Shown here in pieces: positions 1 through 7,932 of a stretch of 64,000 bases of DNA. Source of the stretch: a virus; IMG/VR virus record IMGVR_UViG_3300010370_000027; one strand, given 5' to 3'. Each line of letters begins with the position of its first letter. Positions within the stretch are counted from its first letter, which is position 1. A program made the translations under genes and the position numbers. The notes beneath the pieces were generated by a model, which made no database searches, was not told the DNA's origin, and saw nothing but the letters and a program-made list of their open reading frames with translations.

Positions 1-663
1 TGCATCTGCATTTCCAAATGCCTTAGAAACGTAATTTACAACTCCTGTATTGAAAACATTTGAAGTGACTGTATTGTTTAAGATTCCATTGATTATGGCG
101 TCTTTTTTGTATATTCCTTTTCTTATGTTTGCACCTGATACCAGAGGTCCATAAGTGCCATTGACATCTACGGCTGTAAATCCCGCTGCTGTATTACTAG
201 AAATGTAAGAAGGAAGATACCCGCTTCTATCATTTGAAGCGCCAAAGGAAAGATAGGCGGTAACACCTGCCGTATTCTCGCAGCTTACATTACTCAGATT
301 AGGAGCTGGTGGTGGTGCAAGTGCAAGGAGAATCTCATTGAACCTATCTATCGGTGTGCCAATTGGTGTCGACGGGGTGAAATCCTTGAATAATCCGTCT
401 TCATAAGTTCCATCTTCTGCAGGTCCTATTACACTCCCAGCAGCAGCAGTAGAAGAAATTGTTATGGCTCCACCGGCACCTGCATCAGTAAGAGATATTC
501 CTTCACCTGCAGTTAAAATACGTGCACTTGTAGGAACAATTGCACCTACAACCGGTACAACTACAAATGGCGTATTGTTGACATGCTCATCGATTTGATC
601 GTGAGTTGTCGTACCTATGTTGCCTAACTCTTTGTGGTCATCTATGACTCTATAGGCCGTCAT
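1..663 (-). CDS. Virion structural/fibre-like protein, N-terminal part (runs off the window)
   Basis: Not in the ORF track. Manual translation from ATG 663 gives MTAYRVIDDHKELGNIGTTTHDQIDEH...ILTAGEGISLTDAGAGGAITIS...IGPAEDGTYEDGLFKDFT. It is G/S/T-rich like tail or fibre proteins. Confidence 0.65.
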   Translation of the reverse strand, partial: MTAYRVIDDHKELGNIGTTTHDQIDEHVNNTPFVVVPVVGAIVPTSARILTAGEGISLTDAGAGGAITISSTAAAGSVIGPAEDGTYEDGLFKDFTPSTPIGTPIDRFNEILLALAPPPAPNLSNVSCENTAGVTAYLSFGASNDRSGYLPSYISSNTAAGFTAVDVNGTYGPLVSGANIRKGIYKKDAIINGILNNTVTSNVFNTGVVNYVSKAFGNADA

Positions 664-784
664 CCATCAATTTCCTGTGTCCAATATACTAACTTTTCTC
701 AAATAGTATGGCCATGAAAGAAAAAATGACACCCTGCAAAAACAGAGGTCATTTTATTGACATGAAAATACTCGACGCTAAGTA

Positions 785-1006
785 TCACATACCTGAAACG
801 ATTGCCTGAATTGCAACCTTAATTCTCTCTTGAAGCTCTTTTGGAAGAGAAGACAGAAGAACGTAATCTTCTGCAGTAAGAGAAGTTTGAGGTACTCCTC
901 CGCCAATGTAGCTGTTATTGTTAGAAATAATAGCTCTGATTACAAGTGGTGCAGGTCCTTGTGTAGCAGCAAAAACCGGATTATATAAATTTGCCTTGTT
1001 ATCCAT
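785..1006 (-). CDS. Hypothetical protein (73 aa)
   Basis: Starts 1 nt after the stop of 1008..1187, so likely translationally coupled. Confidence 0.6.
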   Translation of the reverse strand: MDNKANLYNPVFAATQGPAPLVIRAIISNNNSYIGGGVPQTSLTAEDYVLLSSLPKELQERIKVAIQAIVSGM

Positions 1007-1007
1007 C

Positions 1008-1187
1008 TTATCCCTTTAGGAGGGTCTTGCCCTCATTGAGAGTCTTATTCACAGTTGCAAGCTGTGCTCTAAGATTCTCTAGCTCGGTTCTTAAAAATTC
1101 AGTGGAACCACCTTCTTGCTCTGCCTTGAGGAGTGCTGCCTCATATACACTGATCTTCTCACAAATTATCTCGCGCGTCGCTGACAT
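1008..1187 (-). CDS. Small coiled-coil hypothetical protein (59 aa)
   Basis: Absent from the ORF track. AAGGAG SD at 1195-1200. Translation MSATREIICEKISVYEAALLKAEQEGGSTEFLRTELENLRAQLATVNKTLNEGKTLLKG fills the gap between flanking genes. Confidence 0.75.
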   Translation of the reverse strand: MSATREIICEKISVYEAALLKAEQEGGSTEFLRTELENLRAQLATVNKTLNEGKTLLKG

Positions 1188-1207
1188 AAAAAATCTCCTT
1201 GATGAAA

Positions 1208-1957
1208 TTATACACCAAAACCAAGCTTTTTGATGGTGCCTGTTAAGCCATCCCAGTCTTTAATGGATTGTAAAACAAATTCTCTTTGTTGCTCAATCGT
1301 TGTGTTCTGGTTGTTCACGCGTATTAAAAGCACATTACGTTTAAGTGCTTCCTCTGCTTCAATTGAATCTCTTAGTTTCGTTGCCTCGAAGTTGTGCCCT
1401 TCATGAACTTTTTCAAAGTGCCAAATTCCATCAGATTCAATCCATACTTTTTTATCTTGTGAAACAATGTCAACATCAAAGATGAAGTCTTGGGTTTTGA
1501 CAACATGGTGTCTTTTGAACCCAAGATCCCTAAGAGATTCTGCGAGTTTCCTTTCAGGTTTTGATGAAGATCTTCTACCTGAAGTGAATCTGGATATTAC
1601 TGACTTCAATAGTTCAGGATTGTCCTCGTACGTCCTCTTGAGAGTCTCTCCTCTTTTCGTGTTTGATTCTTCTGTGAATTCTCTTGATTTCCAGCATTTT
1701 GGAGAACAGGTTGACCTTCCCTTGTAAGAACGCTCAGGAGAAAATGAAACATCAAATAATGTTCCACATTTGCAAATTCTAGTCTCTGTGACAATTGTCT
1801 TTTCACCAAACCTTTTCAAGTTGGACGATCGAGTTGATTCTCTCATCCTTTCGAGACCATCAGGAGAATATTTTTCCTCCTTGTGGTTCCACCTGACATG
1901 GTTGGCTTTCTGCTGAAAATTATTGAATTCTTGATTGCAAATCTCACACACTCTCAT
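1208..1957 (-). CDS. Freestanding homing-type endonuclease (C2H2 Zn finger, Cys cluster, Vsr/DUF559-like PD-(D/E)XK domain)
   Basis: Motifs CEIC..HVRWNH, CKC..CSPKC and C-terminal SKPE..FDVDIV..IESDGIWH..RD..LLIRV. Start moved to ATG 1957 because the longer ORF overlaps the tmRNA and ATAATTA lies 5 nt upstream of 1957. Confidence 0.75.
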   Translation of the reverse strand: MRVCEICNQEFNNFQQKANHVRWNHKEEKYSPDGLERMRESTRSSNLKRFGEKTIVTETRICKCGTLFDVSFSPERSYKGRSTCSPKCWKSREFTEESNTKRGETLKRTYEDNPELLKSVISRFTSGRRSSSKPERKLAESLRDLGFKRHHVVKTQDFIFDVDIVSQDKKVWIESDGIWHFEKVHEGHNFEATKLRDSIEAEEALKRNVLLIRVNNQNTTIEQQREFVLQSIKDWDGLTGTIKKLGFGV

Positions 1958-1997
1958 AAGAGTAATTATACTCAACTTGAGTGGAGGTGACAAAAAT

Positions 1998-2377
1998 TGG
2001 TGGAGGTGGGGGGAATCGAACCCGCCGTCCGCCACACGTCTTCAAACGCCATCGTCCACAAGCTTGGAATCCATTTATCGACAGGATCCTCGTCTAGATG
2101 GTTTCACGCTTCTTTTTTCTCGGGCCGTTGAACCATCACCTCACCCCAGCCCAGGCACCACCCTCCTAGACGATCCACCCCTTACAATGGGGGTAACTAC
2201 ATTGTTCGGGACATTCTGTTTCTAGGTCGTCCCTGCCCATTACTCATGCCGCGAGGGCGAGAGCAGCGTAGCCGTTGTCGTTGGCAACTGAACGTCACTT
2301 GGGTTTTGGACCGGACCCTCGTGCACCGGTGCTTGCTGGTGTTCGCTTCTGTGCGCCGTCGAAACCTTTACACCCCC
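1998..2377 (-). ncRNA. ssrA: tmRNA, one-piece, 380 nt; tag (A)ANDNGYAALALAA* at 2285..2244
   Basis: 5' end GGGGGTGTAAAGGTTTCGACGG; 3' end GGGTTCGATTCCCCCCACCTCCACCA. The 7-bp acceptor stem GGGGGTG/CACCTCC has the G3.U alanine determinant and an encoded CCA. Helix 2 pairs GCAAGC/GCTTGT. Resume codon GCC opens a tag ending LAA-TGA. Confidence 0.97.
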
Positions 2378-2382
2378 AAATC

Positions 2383-2658
2383 TTACTTCTTGGGAGAAGC
2401 TTCCTCCTTCGTTTTTGGCATGCCTTTGATCACTTCCTCGTTCTGTTGCTCAAGATCCTTAATCTTCTTAGCTTGCATCTCCTCCCATGCCTGGAAAGAC
2501 GATGCAACGTCTTCGTCGTGTAGCTTGCTCAAAGCCATGAGGATTCCTGTCCTGAACTTATTGAGAAGCTTCTCGTCGTCCTCGGGGAAGAGCATTTGGT
2601 TCTTTGTGAGGAGCTCAAAGGTGTGGAGAAGTTCGTGTGGATCGAAAGAAATGTTCAT
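2383..2658 (-). CDS. Hypothetical protein (91 aa)
   Basis: ATGA overlap with the upstream gene. The stop lies 5 nt before the tmRNA 5' end. Confidence 0.7.
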   Translation of the reverse strand: MNISFDPHELLHTFELLTKNQMLFPEDDEKLLNKFRTGILMALSKLHDEDVASSFQAWEEMQAKKIKDLEQQNEEVIKGMPKTKEEASPKK

Positions 2659-3224
2659 TCTTTCTCTCCCGTTGAGAATCCGACGACCTGACCAGACGGG
2701 AAGAATCTCTTCCAGTACTTAGAAAGTTTTACAACCTTAAAGTCGTGCCATTCCTCTCCGTCATACAGAGATACGCTCTTTTCATCGACAACTACTTTTA
2801 CAACTGAGTCTACGATGACTGTTCCCTCATCTATTAGAGCATCTACCATGTCATCTTCTCCGACATATTCGAATTCGAGAGATACTGTAGATCCATCAGG
2901 AGAGACTACACTTAATGGCGAGAGATCAGCTGCATCTTTTGCAGCTACGAAGACATCAATAGGATCTTCCTCCTCTTCCTCTTCCTCTTCCTCGCTCTCT
3001 TCATCATCATAATCATCATCATCATCATCATCAGATTCGTCGTAATCTTCTTCTGTGTCTGATGCTTCTTGACAATCTTCTTGAGAGTCTGTGATAAAAT
3101 CTTGCAAGCGCTCTTGTAAAGACTGTAGATGTTCTACGTCAACAAAATCTAGATTAACGTTAGAATTTACATACGCAAAAAGAACAGAATGTAGCATTAG
3201 AGCATCGGGCTTGTCGATTTTCAT
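2655..3224 (-). CDS. Highly acidic hypothetical protein
   Basis: GGAG SD upstream. Contains a ~40-residue D/E tract (EEDYDESDDDDDDDYDDEESEEEEEEEEED). Confidence 0.75.
   Translation of the reverse strand: MKIDKPDALMLHSVLFAYVNSNVNLDFVDVEHLQSLQERLQDFITDSQEDCQEASDTEEDYDESDDDDDDDYDDEESEEEEEEEEEDPIDVFVAAKDAADLSPLSVVSPDGSTVSLEFEYVGEDDMVDALIDEGTVIVDSVVKVVVDEKSVSLYDGEEWHDFKVVKLSKYWKRFFPSGQVVGFSTGEKE
2966..3033. repeat. Low-complexity (TCTTCC)n/(TCA)n tract encoding poly-Glu/Asp
   Basis: Sequence tcttcctcctcttcctcttcctcttcc...tcatcatcataatcatcatcatcatcatcatca. Confidence 0.8.
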
Positions 3225-3242
3225 TTAAAGTTCTCCAGTTAT

Positions 3243-3268
3243 AAAAAAGGGAGGCCTTTCGGCCTCCC
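3243..3268 (-). terminator. Intrinsic terminator
   Basis: Minus strand reads GGGAGGCC-GAAA-GGCCTCCC-TTTTTT just after the stop of 3287..3553. Confidence 0.9.
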
Positions 3269-3286
3269 CTATGATTTCATCAATAA

Positions 3287-3553
3287 TCAGTAAGACTTGT
3301 CTGTCGCCTGATAGTGCTTCTGAAGCGTACGATAAAGAGTGCGAGCCGTTCGACCGTCGAACCGAAGAGTATTGCCTTCCGACGTATAGATCGAGAGACG
3401 AGTCGAATCATTGCGTGGATCAGTGCTGACTGTCACGTTAACACTGTCTTCATCGCGACGGAAAGTCTCCGTGCGAAGGTTTCCCTTGCGGTCCTCGCGG
3501 GTACGAATCGATGCGTTCTTGTTCTGCGAAACGGTGTTCTTCTTGCTTGCCAT
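3287..3553 (-). CDS. Small basic hypothetical protein, monocistronic
   Basis: AGGAG SD, own promoter upstream and terminator downstream, GC-biased codons. Confidence 0.8.
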   Translation of the reverse strand: MASKKNTVSQNKNASIRTREDRKGNLRTETFRRDEDSVNVTVSTDPRNDSTRLSIYTSEGNTLRFDGRTARTLYRTLQKHYQATDKSY

Positions 3554-3599
3554 AGTCTAATTTCTCCTGAAGGCATATTAGTGATGCCTCGTTGGATTA

Positions 3600-3629
3600 A
3601 TCTTAGACACACGTAGCTGTCATGTTCAA
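3600..3629 (-). promoter_or_regulatory. Sigma70-like promoter TTGAAC-18-TAAGAT
   Basis: The same architecture recurs at 20658-20686 and 61262-61291. Confidence 0.6.
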
Positions 3630-3642
3630 GAAAAAATTTTGT

Positions 3643-3945
3643 TTACTTCTTAGACGAAGTCGCGGCTGCAAGAACCTTCTTGAGGGCTGAAACAGCCTCT
3701 TGCTGAGAGATGCCCTTTTGAGATGCAATCTTCACAACATCTTGAATGAAAGAGGCAAGTGAATCAGTCGTAGTTATCTGATCCATCGTGGAGACTAAAG
3801 CCTTGTTTTGAACAAGCTTGCCAGTAGCCTTCTCAGCAGCTGTGTTTCCCTTGATGTCTTTCCCGACATTTGCCGAGTCCTCCTCGGCAAGCGCAGAAAG
3901 TTCTTCTCTTACTAATTTGCGGAGGGTAGACTCAGTTATCTTCAT
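3643..3945 (-). CDS. Putative internal head protein with conserved leader
   Basis: N-terminus MKITESTLRKLVREELSALAEE. ATAATTA motif 6 nt upstream (3952-3958). Confidence 0.65.
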   Translation of the reverse strand: MKITESTLRKLVREELSALAEEDSANVGKDIKGNTAAEKATGKLVQNKALVSTMDQITTTDSLASFIQDVVKIASQKGISQQEAVSALKKVLAAATSSKK

Positions 3946-3994
3946 GAGCCTTAATTATATGATACACATGAAATTAAAATTCTAGGATAGAGGC

Positions 3995-4462
3995 ATGAAC
4001 ATATTTGTCCTCTCAGAAGATCCAGAAGAGGCTGCACGGATGCAGTGCGATAAGCACGTGGTGAAGATGATCCTCGAGTCAGGTCAAATGCTGTGCGCAG
4101 CTCACGATCCAGGCTCAGCTCCCTGGAAGCGCACTCACTACAACCATCCGTGCACGGTTTGGACTCGTGCATCCACCGAGAACTACAAATGGCTGGCTGC
4201 ACACGGTCTCACGCTCTGCGATGAATACACGAAGAGGTACGGAAAGGTCCACAAGGCTGAAGAGGTATTGGTGTGGTGTGCGGAGAATATTCCGAAGAAT
4301 GTTCCTATCGGTAACCTCACGCCATTTGCAGTCGCAATTAAAGACACCAAATATCACCTAGGAGACGTTGTATCTTCCTACAGAGCCTATTACCTCGGTG
4401 AAAAAAGCAGATTTGCAAAATGGAGATATTGCGATCCTCCCGAGTGGTGGATTTCAGGGTGA
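3995..4462 (+). CDS. Pyrimidine-dimer DNA glycosylase/endonuclease V family protein
   Basis: Motifs MNIFVL..DKHVVKMILESGQML, H.NHPCTVW and YRAYY..EK..FAKW. Promoter-like TGATAC-17-TAGGAT lies 6 nt upstream. Confidence 0.85.
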   Translation: MNIFVLSEDPEEAARMQCDKHVVKMILESGQMLCAAHDPGSAPWKRTHYNHPCTVWTRASTENYKWLAAHGLTLCDEYTKRYGKVHKAEEVLVWCAENIPKNVPIGNLTPFAVAIKDTKYHLGDVVSSYRAYYLGEKSRFAKWRYCDPPEWWISG

Positions 4463-4492
4463 GACTATAAGTTCATGATCATACTTATGATC

Positions 4493-5155
4493 ATGAATGA
4501 TGCTAAACGATGGCGGACGCTAATCAAGCGCCTCGCGTATCTCAGGGCGGAAGCGTCTGAGGCGGTTGAGTCATTCGAAGAATCTGTTAGTGAGATAGAG
4601 TCAAGAATAGAAGAAAAAGAAAGGTCAGTCGTCATTGATCCAGACGACATCGTAGAAGGAAGCAAGATACCAGTCAACGAAACCTCCAAGCACATGACAA
4701 AATTCACGGGCAAGAGTGAAGAGAAGTCGTCTGGTGCAACAGAGACGAAGCAGGAATCAAAGATTGAGACTCCATCGATGGACGACAGCGGTGATGAAGT
4801 GAAGCACCACTACAAGCGCCTCTGGCGGGTCGTGGCAAAGCTTACACATCCTGACGCTGTAGGAAACAACGACGAGCTAATCACACTTTACAAAGCAGCC
4901 GCATCGGCGTACGAAAAGGACAGAAGAGACGAGCTCTTAGACGTGGCGTCTGAGGTGAACGCACAGTTAGAGAAGCCTCACCCAAAGATGTTTGAGGACC
5001 TCGACAAGAGGTGCAATCATTACGAGGCGATGTTAAGAAAGATAAGGGGTTCTGTGGCGTGGCAATGGAAGAACGCTCAAGAAGGAACGAAACAAGAGAT
5101 TATCGATCTGATTAAGTCAAAGAGGGAAGAAAAGGTAAAGCAAACCACTGAATAA
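4493..5155 (+). CDS. Protein with an internal DnaJ-type J-domain and N-terminal coiled coil
   Basis: YKRLWRVVAKLTHPD..LYKAAASAY is J-domain helix II, HPD and helix III. Start set at ATG 4493, 5 nt after ATACTTA (the ORF track starts at 4475). Confidence 0.75.
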   Translation: MNDAKRWRTLIKRLAYLRAEASEAVESFEESVSEIESRIEEKERSVVIDPDDIVEGSKIPVNETSKHMTKFTGKSEEKSSGATETKQESKIETPSMDDSGDEVKHHYKRLWRVVAKLTHPDAVGNNDELITLYKAAASAYEKDRRDELLDVASEVNAQLEKPHPKMFEDLDKRCNHYEAMLRKIRGSVAWQWKNAQEGTKQEIIDLIKSKREEKVKQTTE

Positions 5156-5185
5156 TTTTGTCTGTCGTGGAGATAATTAATCTTC

Positions 5186-5923
5186 ATGAATGAGAAGCTC
5201 TTAAAGAGATACGTTAGATCCATACTTCTAGAGATGTCTTACGAAGACGTCAAAACTTCTAAGGACCCGCTCGATTGGGTGGAAGCAGCTTTTCAAGATC
5301 CAGAAGAATGGAACACAAAAGATCCCTTCAGGGCAATGATAAGAGCTGCAAAAAGATTTGGTCTTGAAGAATTCGGAATGGGATCAAGCAGGTTCGTCTT
5401 CAACCTGAAAAACGGAAAAGTTCTAAAAATAGCAAGGAACAACAAAGGACTCGAGCAAAATAAGCTCGAAGCAGTAGCAGGTCGAGACCCACACGTTCAC
5501 TCTATTTTGGCTTCTGTTTATGATACTTCACCAGAATATGCGTGGCTCGTGGCTGAATTCGTAAATCCTCTCGAGGACGGAGAATATAAGGCTGCAGAAC
5601 GGGTGTGCGGAGTTGTATGGTCAGAAGTAAGACGCGTCCTCGGCTTGTCGAATAAATCTGAGATTGAATCGACAGTATCGCAGATAACAAAGAAGCTTGA
5701 GCCAGAAGAATCTCGAAACAGCAAGACAAAAGGTCAAACAGGATCAGACTGTCCAACAGGCAAAGAATTTCTCGAGAGTCTCGGAAGCTTCTTGGATCGA
5801 TATAGTGGAATGCTCACAGGAGACATCGAGAAGTTGTCGTCATGGGGAGTGAATGACAAAGGATGTCTCGTGTTACTAGATTACGGAATCACAAGAAAGA
5901 AGTTCGAAGAGCTTTATCGATAG
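5186..5923 (+). CDS. Protein kinase-like (PKL) fold enzyme
   Basis: Gly loop GMGSSRFVF, VLKIA lysine, QNKLE helix-C glutamate, hinge LVAEFV, catalytic loop GDIEKLSSWG and metal-binding LLDYG. ATAATTA lies 6 nt upstream. Confidence 0.75.
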   Translation: MNEKLLKRYVRSILLEMSYEDVKTSKDPLDWVEAAFQDPEEWNTKDPFRAMIRAAKRFGLEEFGMGSSRFVFNLKNGKVLKIARNNKGLEQNKLEAVAGRDPHVHSILASVYDTSPEYAWLVAEFVNPLEDGEYKAAERVCGVVWSEVRRVLGLSNKSEIESTVSQITKKLEPEESRNSKTKGQTGSDCPTGKEFLESLGSFLDRYSGMLTGDIEKLSSWGVNDKGCLVLLDYGITRKKFEELYR

Positions 5924-5982
5924 AATTATCCGAGTGTCAGGACCGTCGAATTAGATCGAATATTCTTCTACAGAACAAAAAC

Positions 5983-6018
5983 AAAAAGGAGGCCACCGAA
6001 AGGTGGCCTCCTTCTTTT
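5983..6018. terminator. Bidirectional intrinsic terminator between the kinase and major capsid genes
   Basis: 12-bp stem AAGGAGGCCACC-GAAA-GGTGGCCTCCTT flanked by an A tract and a T tract, between convergent genes. Confidence 0.92.
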
Positions 6019-6034
6019 CTCCTATGAGACGTTA

Positions 6035-7888
6035 TCAGATAACGTTCATGTCGAGGACGGTGACTGTTCCGTAGAAGTCCGAGCGAACGGTCTTCTTACC
6101 GTAGCGGGTCATGACGCCCTTGCGAGGTGTGAAGTCCTCAGGAGCGAAGATCGTCGGTGTGACGATGAGTGGGACGTATGGAGCGTAGACGTAGCCTGTC
6201 TCGAGGTAGCTGCCGCCCTTGTAGCCGACGAGGATCTTGTTACGTGAGAAGTAAGGATCCTTATAGACCGTGAAGCGGTTCGAGAGGGTACCGACTGCCT
6301 CTGCGCCGATGGTGAAGGGCGATCCGACCTGGCCCTCGCCGTCGAGCGAGAACTTAGGCTTGTAGAGGACCGAGGCCTCGAGGATTGTGCAAACGTCTGG
6401 TCCTGTGACGAGGAAGTTTGCCGATCCGCGGAGCGTCTTGCGGTGGATGGTGTTCGCGACGTCGATGATCGTCTCGATGAGTGTCTCGTACCACTCGCGA
6501 ACTGTACCTGTGAACTGTGGTCCGATCTGGTACACGTCTGTGAGTGCCTGGCGAGCGCCTGTCACCTTGTTAACGAAGCGACCTGGCGAGCGGCTCCAGT
6601 AGTAGTTGGCGCCGTTGGCCTGCGACACGAGGTCGTTGAGGATCTCGCGGTCGATTTCGAGGGCGATCTGCTCCGAGAGGATCGATGTGAGCTCGACTTC
6701 AGCGTCCATCGAGTGATAGGCGTTGAGGTCCTGTGCGAGTTCCGGCGACCACTTGGCGCGGAGCTTACGGGTCTCAGCTGTGATGCTGATGGCCTCGATC
6801 TTGATGTCGATCTCAGGGATCACTGGGGCTGGTGTTGCACCGAAGTCCGACTCGAACGAGGGGACTGTGACTGTGGCGCCGCTGTTTCCGTCGACCGAGA
6901 GGGCTGACGAGAGCGAGTACGAAACTGTACCAGCTGCAGCACCGGCTGAAAGAGCTGCACCGTTGGCGCCCTTGACGACCGTGAGGACGTGTGTGCCGTT
7001 GAGTGCGTCTGGGGTGAAGACCGAACCGCTCCAGTTACCGCGCTTGTTGAGGCGACGGAGGTTGAGGACTCCATTGCCACCCTGATATGTCTCTCCCCAA
7101 GCTGTCGCATTTGTGACACCAGCGAAGAGAGCGAGCTGGTTGACAGCAAGCTTGTCCATGTTCGAAAGACCGCTAATATCGACGATTGCGAAGGCCATGT
7201 CGAGGTCGTTGTTTGCGAGAGCGTTCTCGACCTGACCGTCGAACTCGGCGAAGCGAGCGTTCGATCCCGAGAACATTGCAGCAGAAGAAACTTCGAGGTT
7301 AGCTGCCCAGGTGTCGCCGTTGACTCCGCCCCAAGCACCGACCGTGAAGGTGAGGCCTGTTGCAGAACCTGTCACGCGGCTGTAGCCTGTGTTGACGAGG
7401 TCGTACATACCACCGGTGGCGAGCGATCCGCTCTGGACGCCTTTGCCGGTCGGGTTGTTGTAGAGCGACTGTCCGCGTGTGTATGTCGAACCTGTCTCAC
7501 CAGCTGGTGTTCCGACGTTCGAACCGTAGGTGTAGTCGAGATAGAAGATGAGTCCCGATGGGAGGCTCATTGGCTGGATCGAGACGAGCTCGTTGGCAAC
7601 GAGACCGCCGAAGACTCTGCGAACGATCGGGAAGGCGATGTTCGAGAAGCCCTGGATCTGACCCGAACCGGCGAGGTTTCCACCGCCGCTCGAGAGAGCG
7701 TTGCTCTCCTTGAGGACCTGAGCTGCCTGGTTCTCGAGGAGCTGGGCCATAACCTCGCGGCGTGTGCCGTCGAGGCCACGGAGGAGTCCTGTGCGGCTCC
7801 ACTTCTCTGTAAGACGTGCGCGCTCGGCTCCGACGTGCTTCTCGCGGATGCCCTGAGCGAGTTGTTCAAGACTAAAGTGCTTTGACAT
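6035..7888 (-). CDS. gp23: Major capsid protein, T4 gp23-like
   Basis: Motifs LVSIQPMSLPSGLIFYLDY, TRKLRAKWSPELAQDLNAYHSMDAEVEL, EIDREI, YAPYVPL, FTPRKGVMTRY. AGGAG SD and strong codon bias. Confidence 0.97.
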   Translation of the reverse strand: MSKHFSLEQLAQGIREKHVGAERARLTEKWSRTGLLRGLDGTRREVMAQLLENQAAQVLKESNALSSGGGNLAGSGQIQGFSNIAFPIVRRVFGGLVANELVSIQPMSLPSGLIFYLDYTYGSNVGTPAGETGSTYTRGQSLYNNPTGKGVQSGSLATGGMYDLVNTGYSRVTGSATGLTFTVGAWGGVNGDTWAANLEVSSAAMFSGSNARFAEFDGQVENALANNDLDMAFAIVDISGLSNMDKLAVNQLALFAGVTNATAWGETYQGGNGVLNLRRLNKRGNWSGSVFTPDALNGTHVLTVVKGANGAALSAGAAAGTVSYSLSSALSVDGNSGATVTVPSFESDFGATPAPVIPEIDIKIEAISITAETRKLRAKWSPELAQDLNAYHSMDAEVELTSILSEQIALEIDREILNDLVSQANGANYYWSRSPGRFVNKVTGARQALTDVYQIGPQFTGTVREWYETLIETIIDVANTIHRKTLRGSANFLVTGPDVCTILEASVLYKPKFSLDGEGQVGSPFTIGAEAVGTLSNRFTVYKDPYFSRNKILVGYKGGSYLETGYVYAPYVPLIVTPTIFAPEDFTPRKGVMTRYGKKTVRSDFYGTVTVLDMNVI

Positions 7889-7932
7889 GATTAAATTCTC
7901 CTAAAATAGTTGGTTGGTTTTAATTGAATCAA

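Noticed and set aside
721-755. Imperfect inverted repeat AAAATGAC...GTCATTTT as a terminator
   Set aside because: AT-rich interrupted stem. Plausible but too weak to call.
1958-2035. 26-aa N-terminal extension of the endonuclease ORF
   Set aside because: It overlaps the tmRNA T-arm and acceptor stem. The promoter motif supports ATG 1957.
1998-2035. Possible stand-alone tRNA (TTCGA loop and CCA)
   Set aside because: No anticodon arm. It pairs with 2371-2377 as the tRNA-like domain of the tmRNA.
1935-2722. Plus-strand ORFs 1935..2225, 2246..2722 and 2275..2523
   Set aside because: Antisense to the tmRNA and the adjacent gene, with no protein features.
6387-7885. Several overlapping ORFs in the capsid gene, including a 298-aa antisense ORF (6989..7885)
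   Set aside because: Shadow frames expected from strong GC3 bias. They have no RBS or recognisable motifs.
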